Shown piece by piece: positions 1 through 10,516 of a stretch of DNA of 64,000 nucleotides. Position 1 is the stretch's first letter. Every line of letters starts with the position of its first letter. The stretch is from Spirochaetota bacterium (lineage in GTDB: Bacteria; Spirochaetota; UBA4802; UBA5550), in the NCBI GenBank assembly GCA_963663865.1, contig OY760686.1, positions 1,248,001 through 1,312,000 on the forward strand, given 5' to 3'. The notes beneath the pieces are model-generated. The model had not been told where the DNA came from and did not search any database. It saw nothing but the letters and a program-made list of their open reading frames with translations. Made by a program: the position numbers and the translations under genes.

Positions 1-155
1 ATTTGTAAATCAGTTTATATTTTTTTTAGGGGGGATGATATCGTCTCATATGACTATATTTTATTAAAAAGTATGAGACTTTTTACAGGCATATTTGTTT
101 GATGTCCTTGGAAAGACGATACTATACGTTTATCACAGGGGCAAATAACAGAACA

Positions 156-1268
156 ATGAAATTCCAGATCAAAGATAAGTGCACAAATACGTCCGCGAGG
201 ACCGGTACCATAACAACAACAAGAGGTGAAATTCAAACGCCTGTTTTTATGCCAGTGGCCACAAGAGCGGCCATCAGGGCGTTGACTTTTCAGGATATAA
301 AAGAAATTGGTTTTGATATTATACTGTCAAATACTTACCACCTGTACATAAGGCCTGGTACAGATACCCTTGACGTCGCCGGCGGGCTTCACAGCTTCAT
401 GAATTACGATGGTCCAATACTGACTGACTCGGGCGGTTTCCAGGTCTTCTCGCTTTCTGATCTGTGCAGGGTTAAGGATAACGGAGTTGAGTTTAGCTCT
501 CACCTCGACGGCTCAAGGCATCTTTTCACTCCTGAGAAGGTTCTGGATATTCAGCGTTCAATCGGATCAGATATTATGATGGTGCTGGACCAATGTACTG
601 ATTATCCTGTCGGGAAAAAGGACGCGAAGGCCGCGCTTGATAGAACATTAAGCTGGGCAGGGATTTCAGCTGAGTATTGGGGAAATACCTTTAACGTAGA
701 TGAACAGGCGCTTTTTGGAATTGTCCAGGGAAGTGTTTATGCTGATTTGAGGAAGGAATGCGCTGAGAAACTGGTGGAACTTGATCTTCCCGGCTATGCT
801 GTAGGGGGACTGTCTGTCGGAGAGCCCGGCGAGCTGTACAGGGAAATGACTGAATATACGCTGAAATATCTGCCGGCTGAAAAACCCCGTTATATGATGG
901 GTGTCGGCAGCCCACTGGAGATTATCTTTGCCGTCAGAAACGGCGTGGACATGTTCGATTGTGTCATGCCCACGCGTATAGCCCGCAACGGGACACTCTA
1001 CACATCAAAGGGTAGAATCAATATTAAATCTGCTGCCTACGAGAGGGATTTTTCTCCGTTGGATGAAAACTGTGGTTGCTATGTGTGCAGGAATTATTCA
1101 AAGGCGTATCTGAGGCATATTTTTAGAGTTGGAGAGATTGCTGCCCTGACATATAACACCTATCACAATCTGTATTTCATGAAAAATTTTATGCTTGAAA
1201 TGCGCGAGGCTATAGCATCGGACAGATTTGAAAGCTTTGAGCAAAAGTGGAAGTTGGTTTTTGCCTGA
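156..1268 (+). CDS. tgt: tRNA-guanine transglycosylase (queuine tRNA-ribosyltransferase)
   Basis: Motifs TPVFMPV, NTYHL, ILTDSGGFQVFSL, GGLSVGE, DMFDCVMPTR and Zn site CGCYVC..H; start placed at ATG 156 (MKFQIK). Confidence 0.97.
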   Translation: MKFQIKDKCTNTSARTGTITTTRGEIQTPVFMPVATRAAIRALTFQDIKEIGFDIILSNTYHLYIRPGTDTLDVAGGLHSFMNYDGPILTDSGGFQVFSLSDLCRVKDNGVEFSSHLDGSRHLFTPEKVLDIQRSIGSDIMMVLDQCTDYPVGKKDAKAALDRTLSWAGISAEYWGNTFNVDEQALFGIVQGSVYADLRKECAEKLVELDLPGYAVGGLSVGEPGELYREMTEYTLKYLPAEKPRYMMGVGSPLEIIFAVRNGVDMFDCVMPTRIARNGTLYTSKGRINIKSAAYERDFSPLDENCGCYVCRNYSKAYLRHIFRVGEIAALTYNTYHNLYFMKNFMLEMREAIASDRFESFEQKWKLVFA

Positions 1269-1285
1269 CTGCCGGATAAATTCTC

Positions 1286-1314
1286 TTGACACTCATTGTT
1301 GCGACGGTTATATT
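1286..1314 (+). promoter_or_regulatory. Putative sigma-70 promoter
   Basis: TTGACA (1286-1291), 17 nt spacer, TATATT (1309-1314) upstream of the STAS gene. Confidence 0.6.
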
Positions 1315-1363
1315 GCAATGATTAGCTTTTGGCCATTTGAGCTATTGCTTCAGGAAGGGATAT

Positions 1364-1702
1364 ATGGAAATCAATAAGAGGTTCAGCAACGGTGTTGTGA
1401 TTCTTGACATAACCGGGGAGATTGACCTGTACAATGCCCCCGAGATTAAGGATATTGTGAACAGTCTGATAGAAGACAAACATTTTAATCTTGTCATCAA
1501 TCTTGAGAAAGTCAGCTATATAGATTCGTCAGGGATCGGCGCTTTGATATCCAGCCTTTCTAATTTGAAAAAGTATCAGGGCGGATTGAAAATAATCAAT
1601 GTTTTTGCTTCAGTCAGGAAAGTATTTGAGCTGACCAAGCTGACTTCCTTCTTCGAAATATACGATGAGGAACCGGAGGCTGTTGCTTCCTTTAACTCGT
1701 GA
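1364..1702 (+). CDS. STAS-domain anti-sigma factor antagonist (RsbV/SpoIIAA family)
   Basis: GEIDLYNAP and YIDSSGIGAL (phospho-Ser motif); ATG 1364 follows a purine-rich RBS. Confidence 0.93.
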   Translation: MEINKRFSNGVVILDITGEIDLYNAPEIKDIVNSLIEDKHFNLVINLEKVSYIDSSGIGALISSLSNLKKYQGGLKIINVFASVRKVFELTKLTSFFEIYDEEPEAVASFNS

Positions 1703-1764
1703 ATCCGTTATTTAATGACTTTTCCGGGCTCCTGTAGCCCCTACTATTTCCTGTGAGGTATACT

Positions 1765-2982
1765 ATGAACAGATTCAAAAGATTCGGTATCGTAAGTCTT
1801 CTCCTGTCGCTTGTAGTAGTGAGTTGCGGAGATCCTCTTCCAATAAAAGAGATGAATTCAGCCAGAGAGTCAATAAACAGAGCTCTTTCCGTAAAAGCTG
1901 ATAAATACGCCCCCGAAGAGATCGAGGCCTCAAAAGCCAGGCTCATTGAATGTCATGACTTTATTGTTGATAAGGAAGACGTTGAAAAAGCAAAAGCTTC
2001 CGCTCTCGAGTCAAAGAAACTCGCTGACGCTGCCTATGACAAAGCGATTCCCCTGTTGGCGAAGGACACTATTGACATTGCCGAGCAGGGAATGGAAGAA
2101 GCCGTTGAGGCTCATGCGGATGTACTTGCCAGCCAGGAGTATGCGGATGCCAGAGCGACACTTGACAAAGGCGTTACTCAGTACGAGGAAAAACAGTACT
2201 ATGAAGCCTATCAGAAGGCTATACAGGCTGACCAGAAAGCGAAGAGTGCAAGAAACACAGCCCTCGGCAGCAAACACCTGCTGAAAGATGAGATTGCCGA
2301 GGTTAAGATGACTCTACGCAGAGCTGATAACTATAATGCAAGTGAGAACGCAGCTGAGTCCTACAACCTCGCGCAGGAAAACATTGCCACTGCAGAGGGA
2401 GCCTACAATGAAATGAAGCTTAAGCGCGGTTTTGCCGCAACTGAAGCTGCAAGAATAAGTGCAGAGGAGGCTTTCAGAACGGCCCTTGAAAAGACGGCCA
2501 CTGAGGAGTTGGCGATGTCGGCTGAGGCGGTTGAGAAGGCCGGTGCCTCTGAAGGAGCTTCGGTTGCCGCAGATGAGCTGGCCGCCGCGAAAGAAGCATA
2601 TTCGACAGCAAAAGCTATGCATGATGAAAAGCGATATGAAGAGTCGATAGAGTACTCAAAGGAAGCAGGCAGGCTGGCGGGAATTGTTGCGATGACCAGG
2701 CCGGCTCAAGAGGACACTTCAGTTGCTCAAAAAGATGAAGACGAAGATGATGCTGAAATCTCAAAGGCTGCAGAAGAGCTGGAAAAAGCGGAAGAAAAGG
2801 ATTACACCCTCTACACGGTTGTTTATAGAAAGGGACCAAAAGACTGTCTGTGGAGAATAGCTGGAAGACACTACCAGAATCCCAGAAAATGGAAAAAGAT
2901 ATATCAGGCGAATAAGGACAGAATTAAGAATCCTGATCTGATCTATCCTGGCTGGGTTCTGAAAATACCAAAGCTTAAGTAA
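1765..2982 (+). CDS. LysM lipoprotein, LipL71/LruA-like
   Basis: Signal peptide with lipobox VVVSC, Ala/Glu-rich helical repeats, C-terminal LysM (DCLWRIA..YQNPRKWKKIYQAN..IKNPDLIYPGWVLKIP). Confidence 0.85.
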   Translation: MNRFKRFGIVSLLLSLVVVSCGDPLPIKEMNSARESINRALSVKADKYAPEEIEASKARLIECHDFIVDKEDVEKAKASALESKKLADAAYDKAIPLLAKDTIDIAEQGMEEAVEAHADVLASQEYADARATLDKGVTQYEEKQYYEAYQKAIQADQKAKSARNTALGSKHLLKDEIAEVKMTLRRADNYNASENAAESYNLAQENIATAEGAYNEMKLKRGFAATEAARISAEEAFRTALEKTATEELAMSAEAVEKAGASEGASVAADELAAAKEAYSTAKAMHDEKRYEESIEYSKEAGRLAGIVAMTRPAQEDTSVAQKDEDEDDAEISKAAEELEKAEEKDYTLYTVVYRKGPKDCLWRIAGRHYQNPRKWKKIYQANKDRIKNPDLIYPGWVLKIPKLK

Positions 2983-3007
2983 TTGTTCAAAACGCATGTA
3001 ATGTTTC

Positions 3008-3035
3008 AGAAGCCGCCGTTAAAGGCGGCTTCTTT
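3008..3035 (+). terminator. Intrinsic terminator
   Basis: Perfect stem AGAAGCCGCC-gttaaa-GGCGGCTTCT followed by Ts, just after the LysM gene. Confidence 0.75.
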
Positions 3036-3163
3036 GCGTTGTTCAGGGCTGTTTCAGTGAGAGGATGTGAAGACGGGGAATAGGGGCGTATATTCAAAAA
3101 TTATGTCTTGACTCTGACCAGGAGCTCTATTGATATCAACTGAAACTGTGCGGTGGTTTAATC

Positions 3164-4186
3164 ATGGCGACAAAAAAGAAAAAAACAGTCAAAGATGAAG
3201 CTGAACTCGAGGTTCGGAATCAGAAGCCGGACGATTCTGATTTTGATGATGGCGAAGGCGATTTTGCTGATGATGATGAAGCTGATGAAAGCGTCTATGA
3301 ATCCGAGGGCGTTCATGCCGATGAGGACATGTCCAGGTTAAAGGGCGGCCAGGGGTATACTGACTCTTCAATCTCGTGGTATCTTGATCAAATAAATCGC
3401 ATTCCGCTTCTTACACGGGAAGAGGAGGATTCGCTTGCGAGGGCGGCTCGAGAAGGCGATGAGAAGGCAAAGAACCAGCTCGTCAAGGCGAATCTGAGAT
3501 TTGTGGTTTCGATAGCTAAAAAGTATCAGACAAGCGGTATTTCACTCCTTGATATTATCAATGAGGGGAATATGGGGTTGATAAGAGCCGCGGAGAAATT
3601 TGATCCAGACAGGGGATTCCATTTTATTTCATACGCTGTCTGGTGGATCAGACAGGCCATAATTCTTGCTATTTCTCAAAAGGCCTCTCTGATAAGACTC
3701 CCTTTAAACAGAACTGCGGATATACAAAAAATTGAGAAGGTTCATAAAAAGCTTGAGAACAAGCTTGGGCGTGAACCCAGCGCTTCCGAGATAGCGGAAG
3801 AGCTTGATATGGATGACGAGGAAATAAACCACCTGAGAAATATCACTCAGGATTACATTTCTCTCGATTCAACCTATGGAGAGTCTGATGACACGACTAT
3901 CGTGAGCATGATTGTTGACCAGAGGGTTGATTCTCCGGATAAGAAGGTACTTGATGAGTCACTAAAGGAGTCGCTTAACTCGATTCTTGACACTCTGACG
4001 GAATCAGAGAGAAAGATTCTTGAGATGAGATTCGGGCTGAATGGATATGAACCTATGTCCCTTCAGCAAATTGGCGACAAGTTCAAGCTGTCAAAAGAAA
4101 GAATACGGCAGATTGAGAAAAAAGCGATAAGGCGCCTAAGGCATCCTTCGAGGAGTCAGAAACTAAAAAGCTATTTGCAGGATTGA
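3164..4186 (+). CDS. RNA polymerase sigma-70 factor, RpoD/SigA family
   Basis: Region 1.2 ([12 protein letters not shown]), region 2 ([13 protein letters not shown]; [13 protein letters not shown]), region 4 ([12 protein letters not shown]); acidic N-terminal tail. Confidence 0.95.
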   Translation: MATKKKKTVKDEAELEVRNQKPDDSDFDDGEGDFADDDEADESVYESEGVHADEDMSRLKGGQGYTDSSISWYLDQINRIPLLTREEEDSLARAAREGDEKAKNQLVKANLRFVVSIAKKYQTSGISLLDIINEGNMGLIRAAEKFDPDRGFHFISYAVWWIRQAIILAISQKASLIRLPLNRTADIQKIEKVHKKLENKLGREPSASEIAEELDMDDEEINHLRNITQDYISLDSTYGESDDTTIVSMIVDQRVDSPDKKVLDESLKESLNSILDTLTESERKILEMRFGLNGYEPMSLQQIGDKFKLSKERIRQIEKKAIRRLRHPSRSQKLKSYLQD

Positions 4187-5250
4187 TGCTCATGAGATAT
4201 TTAATAGCCGGGCTAATAGCCGGATTTGTAATTAATCTTTTTGTTTTTAAACCAGCTGGCGGAGCGGCAGTATATCCTCTCTATTATAAATCAATTAACT
4301 CATTGGAGATCAGCAAGGCCGCCGGAGATGAAACATTCGGTTTAAGCGACAGGGGTTTGATCTATCGTGTTGATTTTTACGGAAAAGTTAAGAGTAAATT
4401 CGAAACGGGAAAGCGCCTTTCATCGCTTACTGCTGACGGACGTTTCGCTGTTTTATTTGAGAAAACCGGATCTGAGCTGGAGCTTGTGAGCACTTCCGGA
4501 GACAGGTTCTGGAAGATGAAATCCCTTGAATACCCATATATATCCAGCGGCGGAAAGCTGATTTTCCTGATGAACGGCGATCATAGCGCGGTGAGAATTG
4601 CCGATATAAACGGGAAAATAATCGGCCGGGAAACGATTTACGGACGAATCTGTACGGTGCTGTCCTTTTCTGAGCGTAACGATTTTGGAGTAATCGGCTT
4701 TTTTGACGGATCATATTACGTCGTCAATGAAAAGGGTGATATACTGAAACAGGGAGCCTGCCCGCTCGGGAACACGGTTAAAAGCGCCGCAATAAGCTGC
4801 ACCGGCAAATATGCGGCTGTTCACTGCGGAGACGAAAACAGCGATAGAATCATGATCGTTGATATTGATAATGACTCGATTGAAACCTTTGAGTTAAATG
4901 AATCGCATTACACTACATCACCTTTACAAATTGATGACAGCGGCAGAACCATTTTTCTGGGGCACAGGGCGGTCAGCGTATTGGATTCGGAGGCTGAGTT
5001 GCTTTTGAAATTGCCTGTTGCTGAAAGGCGTCCCGGACAGGCCTCTGTGCTTTCAGCAAAGGGCTGTCTGGCGGCGGGTTTTACGGAAATTAACGGCGGT
5101 TCAAGATGTGTAATTTTTACAGAGGATGGAGATGTTATTTTCAGCAGGGAATATCCAGGTGAGGCGTTTCTTAAGCTGATTTCATCTCCCGGAAAAATCA
5201 CTGTAAGGGGAGCAGGCAGCATTTTCTGTTACGCTGTTGAAGGGTTGTGA
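4183..5250 (+). CDS. Membrane-anchored hypothetical protein, probable beta-propeller
   Basis: N-terminal hydrophobic segment; repeated strand motifs such as S.DGRF, SSGGKL, SCTGKY; overlaps both neighbours by 4 nt. Confidence 0.6.
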   Translation: MMLMRYLIAGLIAGFVINLFVFKPAGGAAVYPLYYKSINSLEISKAAGDETFGLSDRGLIYRVDFYGKVKSKFETGKRLSSLTADGRFAVLFEKTGSELELVSTSGDRFWKMKSLEYPYISSGGKLIFLMNGDHSAVRIADINGKIIGRETIYGRICTVLSFSERNDFGVIGFFDGSYYVVNEKGDILKQGACPLGNTVKSAAISCTGKYAAVHCGDENSDRIMIVDIDNDSIETFELNESHYTTSPLQIDDSGRTIFLGHRAVSVLDSEAELLLKLPVAERRPGQASVLSAKGCLAAGFTEINGGSRCVIFTEDGDVIFSREYPGEAFLKLISSPGKITVRGAGSIFCYAVEGL

Positions 5251-5618
5251 CGATGGATAGAGCTTTACCACAGGCTGTAATGCTCTACGGCTATGACGAG
5301 GCTTCGGCTGAAGTAATTCTGAGCGCGTTTGAATTAATAACGGGTGGAAGGCCTGTCATGTTTAACGCGACCGGCAGAGAAGCCTCAACAGTCTCCGAGG
5401 TGCTTGAAGGAGGCGAGGGGAGTTTCAATACATGCACTGTGCCTTTTCTTATGTTTCTGGGATATGGTTCTGATGAAATACGCATGATTATGCAAAGGTT
5501 CCCATCCACCCCTGAAATTAAAAGACCGATATTCTGCGGGCTTACTTCCAACAACATTAGCTGGAAGATTGAGTATCTGCTCGAACACCTGATTGAGGAA
5601 AGGAGAGCTCATGCATGA
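5247..5618 (+). CDS. Small conserved protein, DUF3783-like
   Basis: C-terminal PIFCGLTSNNISWKIEYLLEHLIEER resembles the DUF3783 pattern; translationally coupled in the operon. Confidence 0.65.
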   Translation: MTMDRALPQAVMLYGYDEASAEVILSAFELITGGRPVMFNATGREASTVSEVLEGGEGSFNTCTVPFLMFLGYGSDEIRMIMQRFPSTPEIKRPIFCGLTSNNISWKIEYLLEHLIEERRAHA

Positions 5619-6714
5619 GGAAATATTGAGTGAGTTTCGCAGGAAGAGTCGATCTGTAAATGCCGGCGGGCTGCTTATCGGTGGAGGTGCGCCCGTAAGT
5701 GTTCAAACTATGACGAACATTCCAATAGATGATGTCGGTGCGAACACAACAATGATTGCAAGACTTAAATCGCTTGGTGCGGAACTTGTAAGGCTCGCAG
5801 TCAGGAATGAGAATTCTGTTAAGGCCTTTCGAGAGATTAGAAAGGCGGTTGATATTCCAATATGTGCTGATATTCACTTTGATTACAGGCTCGCGATTAA
5901 GTCAATTGAGGCCGGAGCGGACAAGATACGCATCAATCCGGGTAATATCGGCAGCGAAACCCGGGTGAAAGAGGTTGTCCGCGCAGCCCGGGAGAGAGGA
6001 GTGCCAATCCGCATAGGAGTAAACGGCGGCTCAATTGACAGAAATCGTTTCAGCGGTCCAACGCCCGAGAACCTTGTCGAGTCGGCCCTTGAACATGTAA
6101 AAATTCTTGAAGATGCGGGCTTTTATGACATAGTAGTCTCGATAAAAACATCTGACCTTCGTGAAATGATAGAAGCGAACCGGATTTTTTCCGGAAGGAC
6201 TGAATATCCGATACATGTCGGCCTTACAGAAGCAGGATTCGGTCAGGCCTGTCTTGTATCAAGCTCAATCGCTATTGGACATCTACTGCTTCAGGGTATC
6301 GGAGACACAATAAGGGTATCAATGACTGGTGACCCGGCAGATGAGATTCTGGCCGGAATCGAAATACTTAACTCTCTCGGATTAAGAAAGGCTCCAGTAA
6401 GGATTATTTCGTGCCCGACATGCGGACGGACTGACCCATCGCTCGATCTGCTGATGCTGGCAAAGCGAATTGACAGGGAGTTTAACGAAAGGTTTGGCTC
6501 TATTTTGCGGGAAAGGGGGCAGACTTTGAAGGTTGCCGTTATGGGATGCGAGGTTAACGGTCCCGGTGAGGCATCTGACGCGGATTTGGGACTCGCGGGT
6601 GGGAGAAACGGCTCAGTGGTAGTTTTTTCTTCAGGCCGGAAAATAAAAAAAATCGACGTTGAAGAGGCAGTTGAATACCTTCTCTGTATGGCTGAAGAGT
6701 ATATTAAAGCTTAA
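5611..6714 (+). CDS. ispG: 4-hydroxy-3-methylbut-2-en-1-yl diphosphate synthase
   Basis: VQTMTN, ADIHFDY, RINPGNIG, IRIGVNGGS, GIGDTIRVS and Fe-S ligands SCPTCGR and MGCEVNGPGE. Confidence 0.97.
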   Translation: MHEEILSEFRRKSRSVNAGGLLIGGGAPVSVQTMTNIPIDDVGANTTMIARLKSLGAELVRLAVRNENSVKAFREIRKAVDIPICADIHFDYRLAIKSIEAGADKIRINPGNIGSETRVKEVVRAARERGVPIRIGVNGGSIDRNRFSGPTPENLVESALEHVKILEDAGFYDIVVSIKTSDLREMIEANRIFSGRTEYPIHVGLTEAGFGQACLVSSSIAIGHLLLQGIGDTIRVSMTGDPADEILAGIEILNSLGLRKAPVRIISCPTCGRTDPSLDLLMLAKRIDREFNERFGSILRERGQTLKVAVMGCEVNGPGEASDADLGLAGGRNGSVVVFSSGRKIKKIDVEEAVEYLLCMAEEYIKA

Positions 6715-6827
6715 TTACCGCCCGGTCGTGCTGAACATTTTCTAAAAGTGTCCAAAATGTTATGGAAAGGGATGCCGGCAATCTGGTATAATATGACGAA
6801 AAGAGGGATGTTTGAGGAAATGGAATA

Positions 6828-8021
6828 ATGGTTAGAGATATCAAAATAAACATCGATTACCTTCGTCCGAATTCATCGCTTATATATCCGCTGTATGCCG
6901 GCAATGGGGAGAGGATCGTTTCCGAGAGGGTGACCCTGACTGAAAATCTGCTAAGGGATATCAGAAATCGTTACGGAATTCATGTCTACGGAAGGGATTC
7001 GATTGACAGCTCAATTGTCCCCGGCTACAGGATGAACATAGCCCTGAATAAAGCCCGCGATATTATGAACGAGATTATATCTTCCGGCCGTTTCAGTCAC
7101 ACGAATTTTAGACTTGCTGAGAAGCTTGCTGAAGAGATCGTCTCTGATCTTAATTCCTCTGAAATAGAGGCGGTCAGCCTGCTGAAGGACCTCAGGTCTT
7201 TTGACCAGTATCTCTACATGCATTCAGTTAATGTTGGTGTTCTGGCCGGAATTTTCTCAAGGCTTATGGGCTACTCTCCGGATGATGTTAAGAATTTTAC
7301 TCTGGGCGGATATCTAATCGATATAGGACACATGCTGCTCGATAAACAGCTCAACGGCAATACATCGAGATTCTCCATATCGGAGATTCAGAAGGTTAAA
7401 AGGCATCCGCAGCTCGGATATGAGCTTCTAAAGAATATCAGAGGTGTTAATACTTTAGTCCTTCAGGCCGTTTTATTTCATCACGAGCGCTTCAATAACG
7501 AGGGTTATTTTCAGATGCCCTATGATAACCTTCCTTCAGCTCCGAAGATAATTGCGGTTTGCGATATTTTTGACGCGGTTACCTCAAGGCGGTCATACAG
7601 GGATGCTCAATCGGTTTCCTCCGCGCTCAAAATACTGCTGAATTCAGTGAATGTTCATCTTGACTATGAAACTGTCAGCCATTTTGTAAACAAATTGGGT
7701 CCACTTCTAAACAATTCTCAGTCTTTTTATGCTGTCGATGATATCTGTGAGCTCAATACATTTGAGCTCGCGCTGATAAGGGAAATTCCTTCATCGGATA
7801 TCCTGAAGCCCAGGGTGCGTATTTTCTGCAGGTTCGAGAAGAAAGGCAGCTCTCTCGGTGTGAGGTTTTATGACAGGCCTGTTGATATCGATCTCAGGAA
7901 TGACCCCGAGGAAAGGTATATCAGCAAGATATTGGATAACAGGAATCAGGTTGAATCCATAAGGCGTAAACTCGATGAGAAGGGGCTTGCCGCTGAAAGG
8001 TCAGGGCGTTTTATCTCATAA
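6828..8021 (+). CDS. HD-GYP family protein with degenerate motifs
   Basis: YMHSVNV, HPQLG, HHERFNNEGYF, IIAVCDIFDA; the HD position reads ID (YLIDIGH). Confidence 0.8.
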   Translation: MVRDIKINIDYLRPNSSLIYPLYAGNGERIVSERVTLTENLLRDIRNRYGIHVYGRDSIDSSIVPGYRMNIALNKARDIMNEIISSGRFSHTNFRLAEKLAEEIVSDLNSSEIEAVSLLKDLRSFDQYLYMHSVNVGVLAGIFSRLMGYSPDDVKNFTLGGYLIDIGHMLLDKQLNGNTSRFSISEIQKVKRHPQLGYELLKNIRGVNTLVLQAVLFHHERFNNEGYFQMPYDNLPSAPKIIAVCDIFDAVTSRRSYRDAQSVSSALKILLNSVNVHLDYETVSHFVNKLGPLLNNSQSFYAVDDICELNTFELALIREIPSSDILKPRVRIFCRFEKKGSSLGVRFYDRPVDIDLRNDPEERYISKILDNRNQVESIRRKLDEKGLAAERSGRFIS

Positions 8022-8949
8022 GACTTTCCGGGTTTACCGCCCTGCTGTTCTTTCTGACTTCGAAGTGGAGATGAGGTCCTGTTGAGTGTCCTGTGTTGCC
8101 GGAGTAACCGATAAGCTGCCCCCGCTCGACTTTTTGTCCAGGCCGTACCGTGAACCTTGAGAGGTGTCCGTAAAGAGATTCGTAGCCTCTGGCATGACGG
8201 ACCACAATGAGCTTGCCGTATCCCCCTTTGTAACCCGAGAAGGTTACTGTTCCTCCGCATGAGGCTTTTATTTCGGTACCGACAGGGCATGAGACATCAA
8301 TTCCCCGGTGGAACTCGTGTCTCCTGGAGCCAAACGGATCGTTGCGGGTACCGAATCCAGATGTCTTCCTTCCATCAACAGGACTTATAAACCCTGTTCC
8401 GAGAAAAAATGATTTTTCTGTTTCTGACAGCTTTCCGCATGGAATAAAAAGAGGTCTGTTTACAAGGGATGTGATTCTGTTGACCTGACGGATATATGCC
8501 GCGTCGACTCTCTCTCTTTTTAGTATTTCTGTCAGTGATTTTGAGTCGAGACCGGAAGTGATTATCCCCCTCATGTTGGGCAGATACAGGGTTAGCCCCT
8601 CACGTATTTGTCCGGGAGAACTGAGGTTATTAACAGATACAATCGTATCAAGGTCGAGATTGGTTTTAGAAAGAATCAGCCAGAACGAATCGTTCTTCTT
8701 TACGGTGTACTTATAGAACTTCAGAGGCGGCATCTCCTTCAGGGGTCTTGTACTCTTGACAGTGTAAAGGCTCCTGTGGACATCGTCCCTCAGGTCTTTC
8801 AGCATGCTGCCGGTATTTACATCAAGACTTGTTATCGTACGGATGCGGGCCAGTCCCTCAAATCCGGACCCCGTTATAGCTGCGTAGAATATGGCTGTTA
8901 AGGCCAACAGGTTAAGTTTTCGTATGGTATTATGTCTCAATATATGCAT
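8011..8949 (-). CDS. LysM + M23 family peptidoglycan endopeptidase
   Basis: LysM (YTVKKNDSFW), M23 Zn motifs HRGID and GPHLHFE; start uncertain (8949 or 8988). Confidence 0.92.
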   Translation of the reverse strand: MHILRHNTIRKLNLLALTAIFYAAITGSGFEGLARIRTITSLDVNTGSMLKDLRDDVHRSLYTVKSTRPLKEMPPLKFYKYTVKKNDSFWLILSKTNLDLDTIVSVNNLSSPGQIREGLTLYLPNMRGIITSGLDSKSLTEILKRERVDAAYIRQVNRITSLVNRPLFIPCGKLSETEKSFFLGTGFISPVDGRKTSGFGTRNDPFGSRRHEFHRGIDVSCPVGTEIKASCGGTVTFSGYKGGYGKLIVVRHARGYESLYGHLSRFTVRPGQKVERGQLIGYSGNTGHSTGPHLHFEVRKNSRAVNPESLMR

Positions 8950-9078
8950 ATTTGATTTTCGGTATTGAAGTCTTAAGGGTTTAGCCATTATTTGATTGCG
9001 GAAAATCCTGTTGACAATTACATTTGCTGTTTATTATATAACATATACAGCAAGTTTAATTTCAAGGGATGGATTTAA

Positions 9079-9519
9079 ATGGCAATACCTAAAATGTCCA
9101 GCGATTCGGCAAGTAATGTCATAGGTGAGAATTCTTTTTTCACAGGCACTTTTATTATAAACGGTTCTCTCAGGATTGACGGCCGCTTTGAAGGCAAGTA
9201 CCTTCAGGCTGAGCAGCTCTATATAGGCCACTCGGGAAAGATCAAGACCAACATTAACGCCGTTTCGGTAATTGTTGAGGGCCTTATCATCGGGAATATA
9301 AATGCCTCAAGCAGAATTCTTCTAATGCCTACCGCCAGAGTCTACGGCGATATAAAAACACCGGAGCTTATCATTCAAAATGGCGTTATTCTTGAAGGAA
9401 GGTGTACTATCGCGAATGATCTGCGTTCTTCCGCCAAAGAGCTGATTGAGACTGACTACGAAAAAAACAGAATCAGTCCGGAGGAGATGTTTGGCGGCGC
9501 TGCAAGAAAGAAAAGTTAG
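9079..9519 (+). CDS. Bactofilin (CcmA family cytoskeletal protein)
   Basis: Beta-helix pattern VIGENSFFTG..GSLRIDGRFEG..V.GDIKTPELIIQNGVILEGRC. Confidence 0.93.
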   Translation: MAIPKMSSDSASNVIGENSFFTGTFIINGSLRIDGRFEGKYLQAEQLYIGHSGKIKTNINAVSVIVEGLIIGNINASSRILLMPTARVYGDIKTPELIIQNGVILEGRCTIANDLRSSAKELIETDYEKNRISPEEMFGGAARKKS

Positions 9520-10516
9520 AATTGTCGGGATTACAGCCGGCGATCCTTCCGGAGTCGGGCCTGAGGTTTCCATTAAAGCGTTGAGAGAACTCGCCAGGCC
9601 GGATATCATTCCAGTCCTGATCGGCAGGGCTGAGGCGCTCAGGCAGATTTACCCCGAACTTGCTAATTATATTATACTCGGCAGTGATTTTGATCCGGCT
9701 GATCTCAAGCCGGGTCTTTTATATTGCGCGGACACCGGCGGAGAGTATCCTGTCCCCGAGCCCGGCAGAGGTAATGAGTATACCGGCAGGGAGTCTCTGG
9801 ACTATATAGACTATGCAGTGGAGCTTTGGAAGTCGGGAAGAATTGATGCGGTAGCGACAGCCCCCGTCAGCAAGGAGCTGATAAACAGATCAGGAACGCC
9901 ATTCGTGGGGCATACGGAGTATTTTGCCGACATGATAGGCGAGACAAATCCCTACATGATGATGTATTCGCCACGTTACAGAGTCATTCTGTCAACAACG
10001 CATATTCCTGTCTCAGAAGTTGAGAAGAGTCTCAGCGTTGATTCAATACTAAACGTTATCAGAATGGCCGACAGGGCGCTGCTGCCCATAGATGGAGCAA
10101 GACCAAGGATCGCTGTCTGCGGGCTTGACCCTCACTGTGGAGACGGCGGGGCTATTTCGGGCTTTGACTCGGCCGTAACGAGGGAAGCAATCCGCTGTGC
10201 GGTTCGGGAGGGGATTGCCGCTGAGGGGCCTTACGCTGCTGACACGCTTTTTATTCCCGGAAGATGGAGCTCCTATGGAACAGTGGTTGCTCAATATCAC
10301 GATCAGGGGCTGATTCCATTCAAGATGCTCGCTTTTGATACGGGAGTTAATGTGACGCTGGGGCTAAGCATGGTAAGGACTTCCGCCGATCACGGGACCG
10401 CTTTTGATATTGCAGGAAAGGGGCTTGCCGATTTCAGAAGCATGCGGGAGTCCATTCTTCTTGCTGCTTCACTCTCGGCTGACTATGACAGGTCTACTCG
10501 GCAAACTCGGCCCTGA
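9491..10516 (+). CDS. pdxA: 4-hydroxythreonine-4-phosphate dehydrogenase (PdxA family)
   Basis: ITAGDPSGVGPE, TAPVSK, GHTEY, YHDQGLIPFK, NVTLGL..RTSADHGTAFDIAGKG; probable TTG start at 9491 after GAGGAG, overlapping the bactofilin 3' end. Confidence 0.93.
   Translation: MAALQERKVRIVGITAGDPSGVGPEVSIKALRELARPDIIPVLIGRAEALRQIYPELANYIILGSDFDPADLKPGLLYCADTGGEYPVPEPGRGNEYTGRESLDYIDYAVELWKSGRIDAVATAPVSKELINRSGTPFVGHTEYFADMIGETNPYMMMYSPRYRVILSTTHIPVSEVEKSLSVDSILNVIRMADRALLPIDGARPRIAVCGLDPHCGDGGAISGFDSAVTREAIRCAVREGIAAEGPYAADTLFIPGRWSSYGTVVAQYHDQGLIPFKMLAFDTGVNVTLGLSMVRTSADHGTAFDIAGKGLADFRSMRESILLAASLSADYDRSTRQTRP

Noticed and set aside
43-85. Short inverted repeats upstream of tgt (GTCTCATA/TATGAGAC; AAAAAGT/ACTTTTT) as a possible preQ1 riboswitch or operator
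   Set aside because: No preQ1 consensus; AT-rich sequence at the window edge makes chance matches likely.
1364-4186. STAS protein near a sigma factor as a partner-switching module
   Set aside because: Separated by a lipoprotein gene and a terminator; no anti-sigma kinase or PP2C phosphatase nearby, and the sigma is RpoD-like rather than SigB/F-like.
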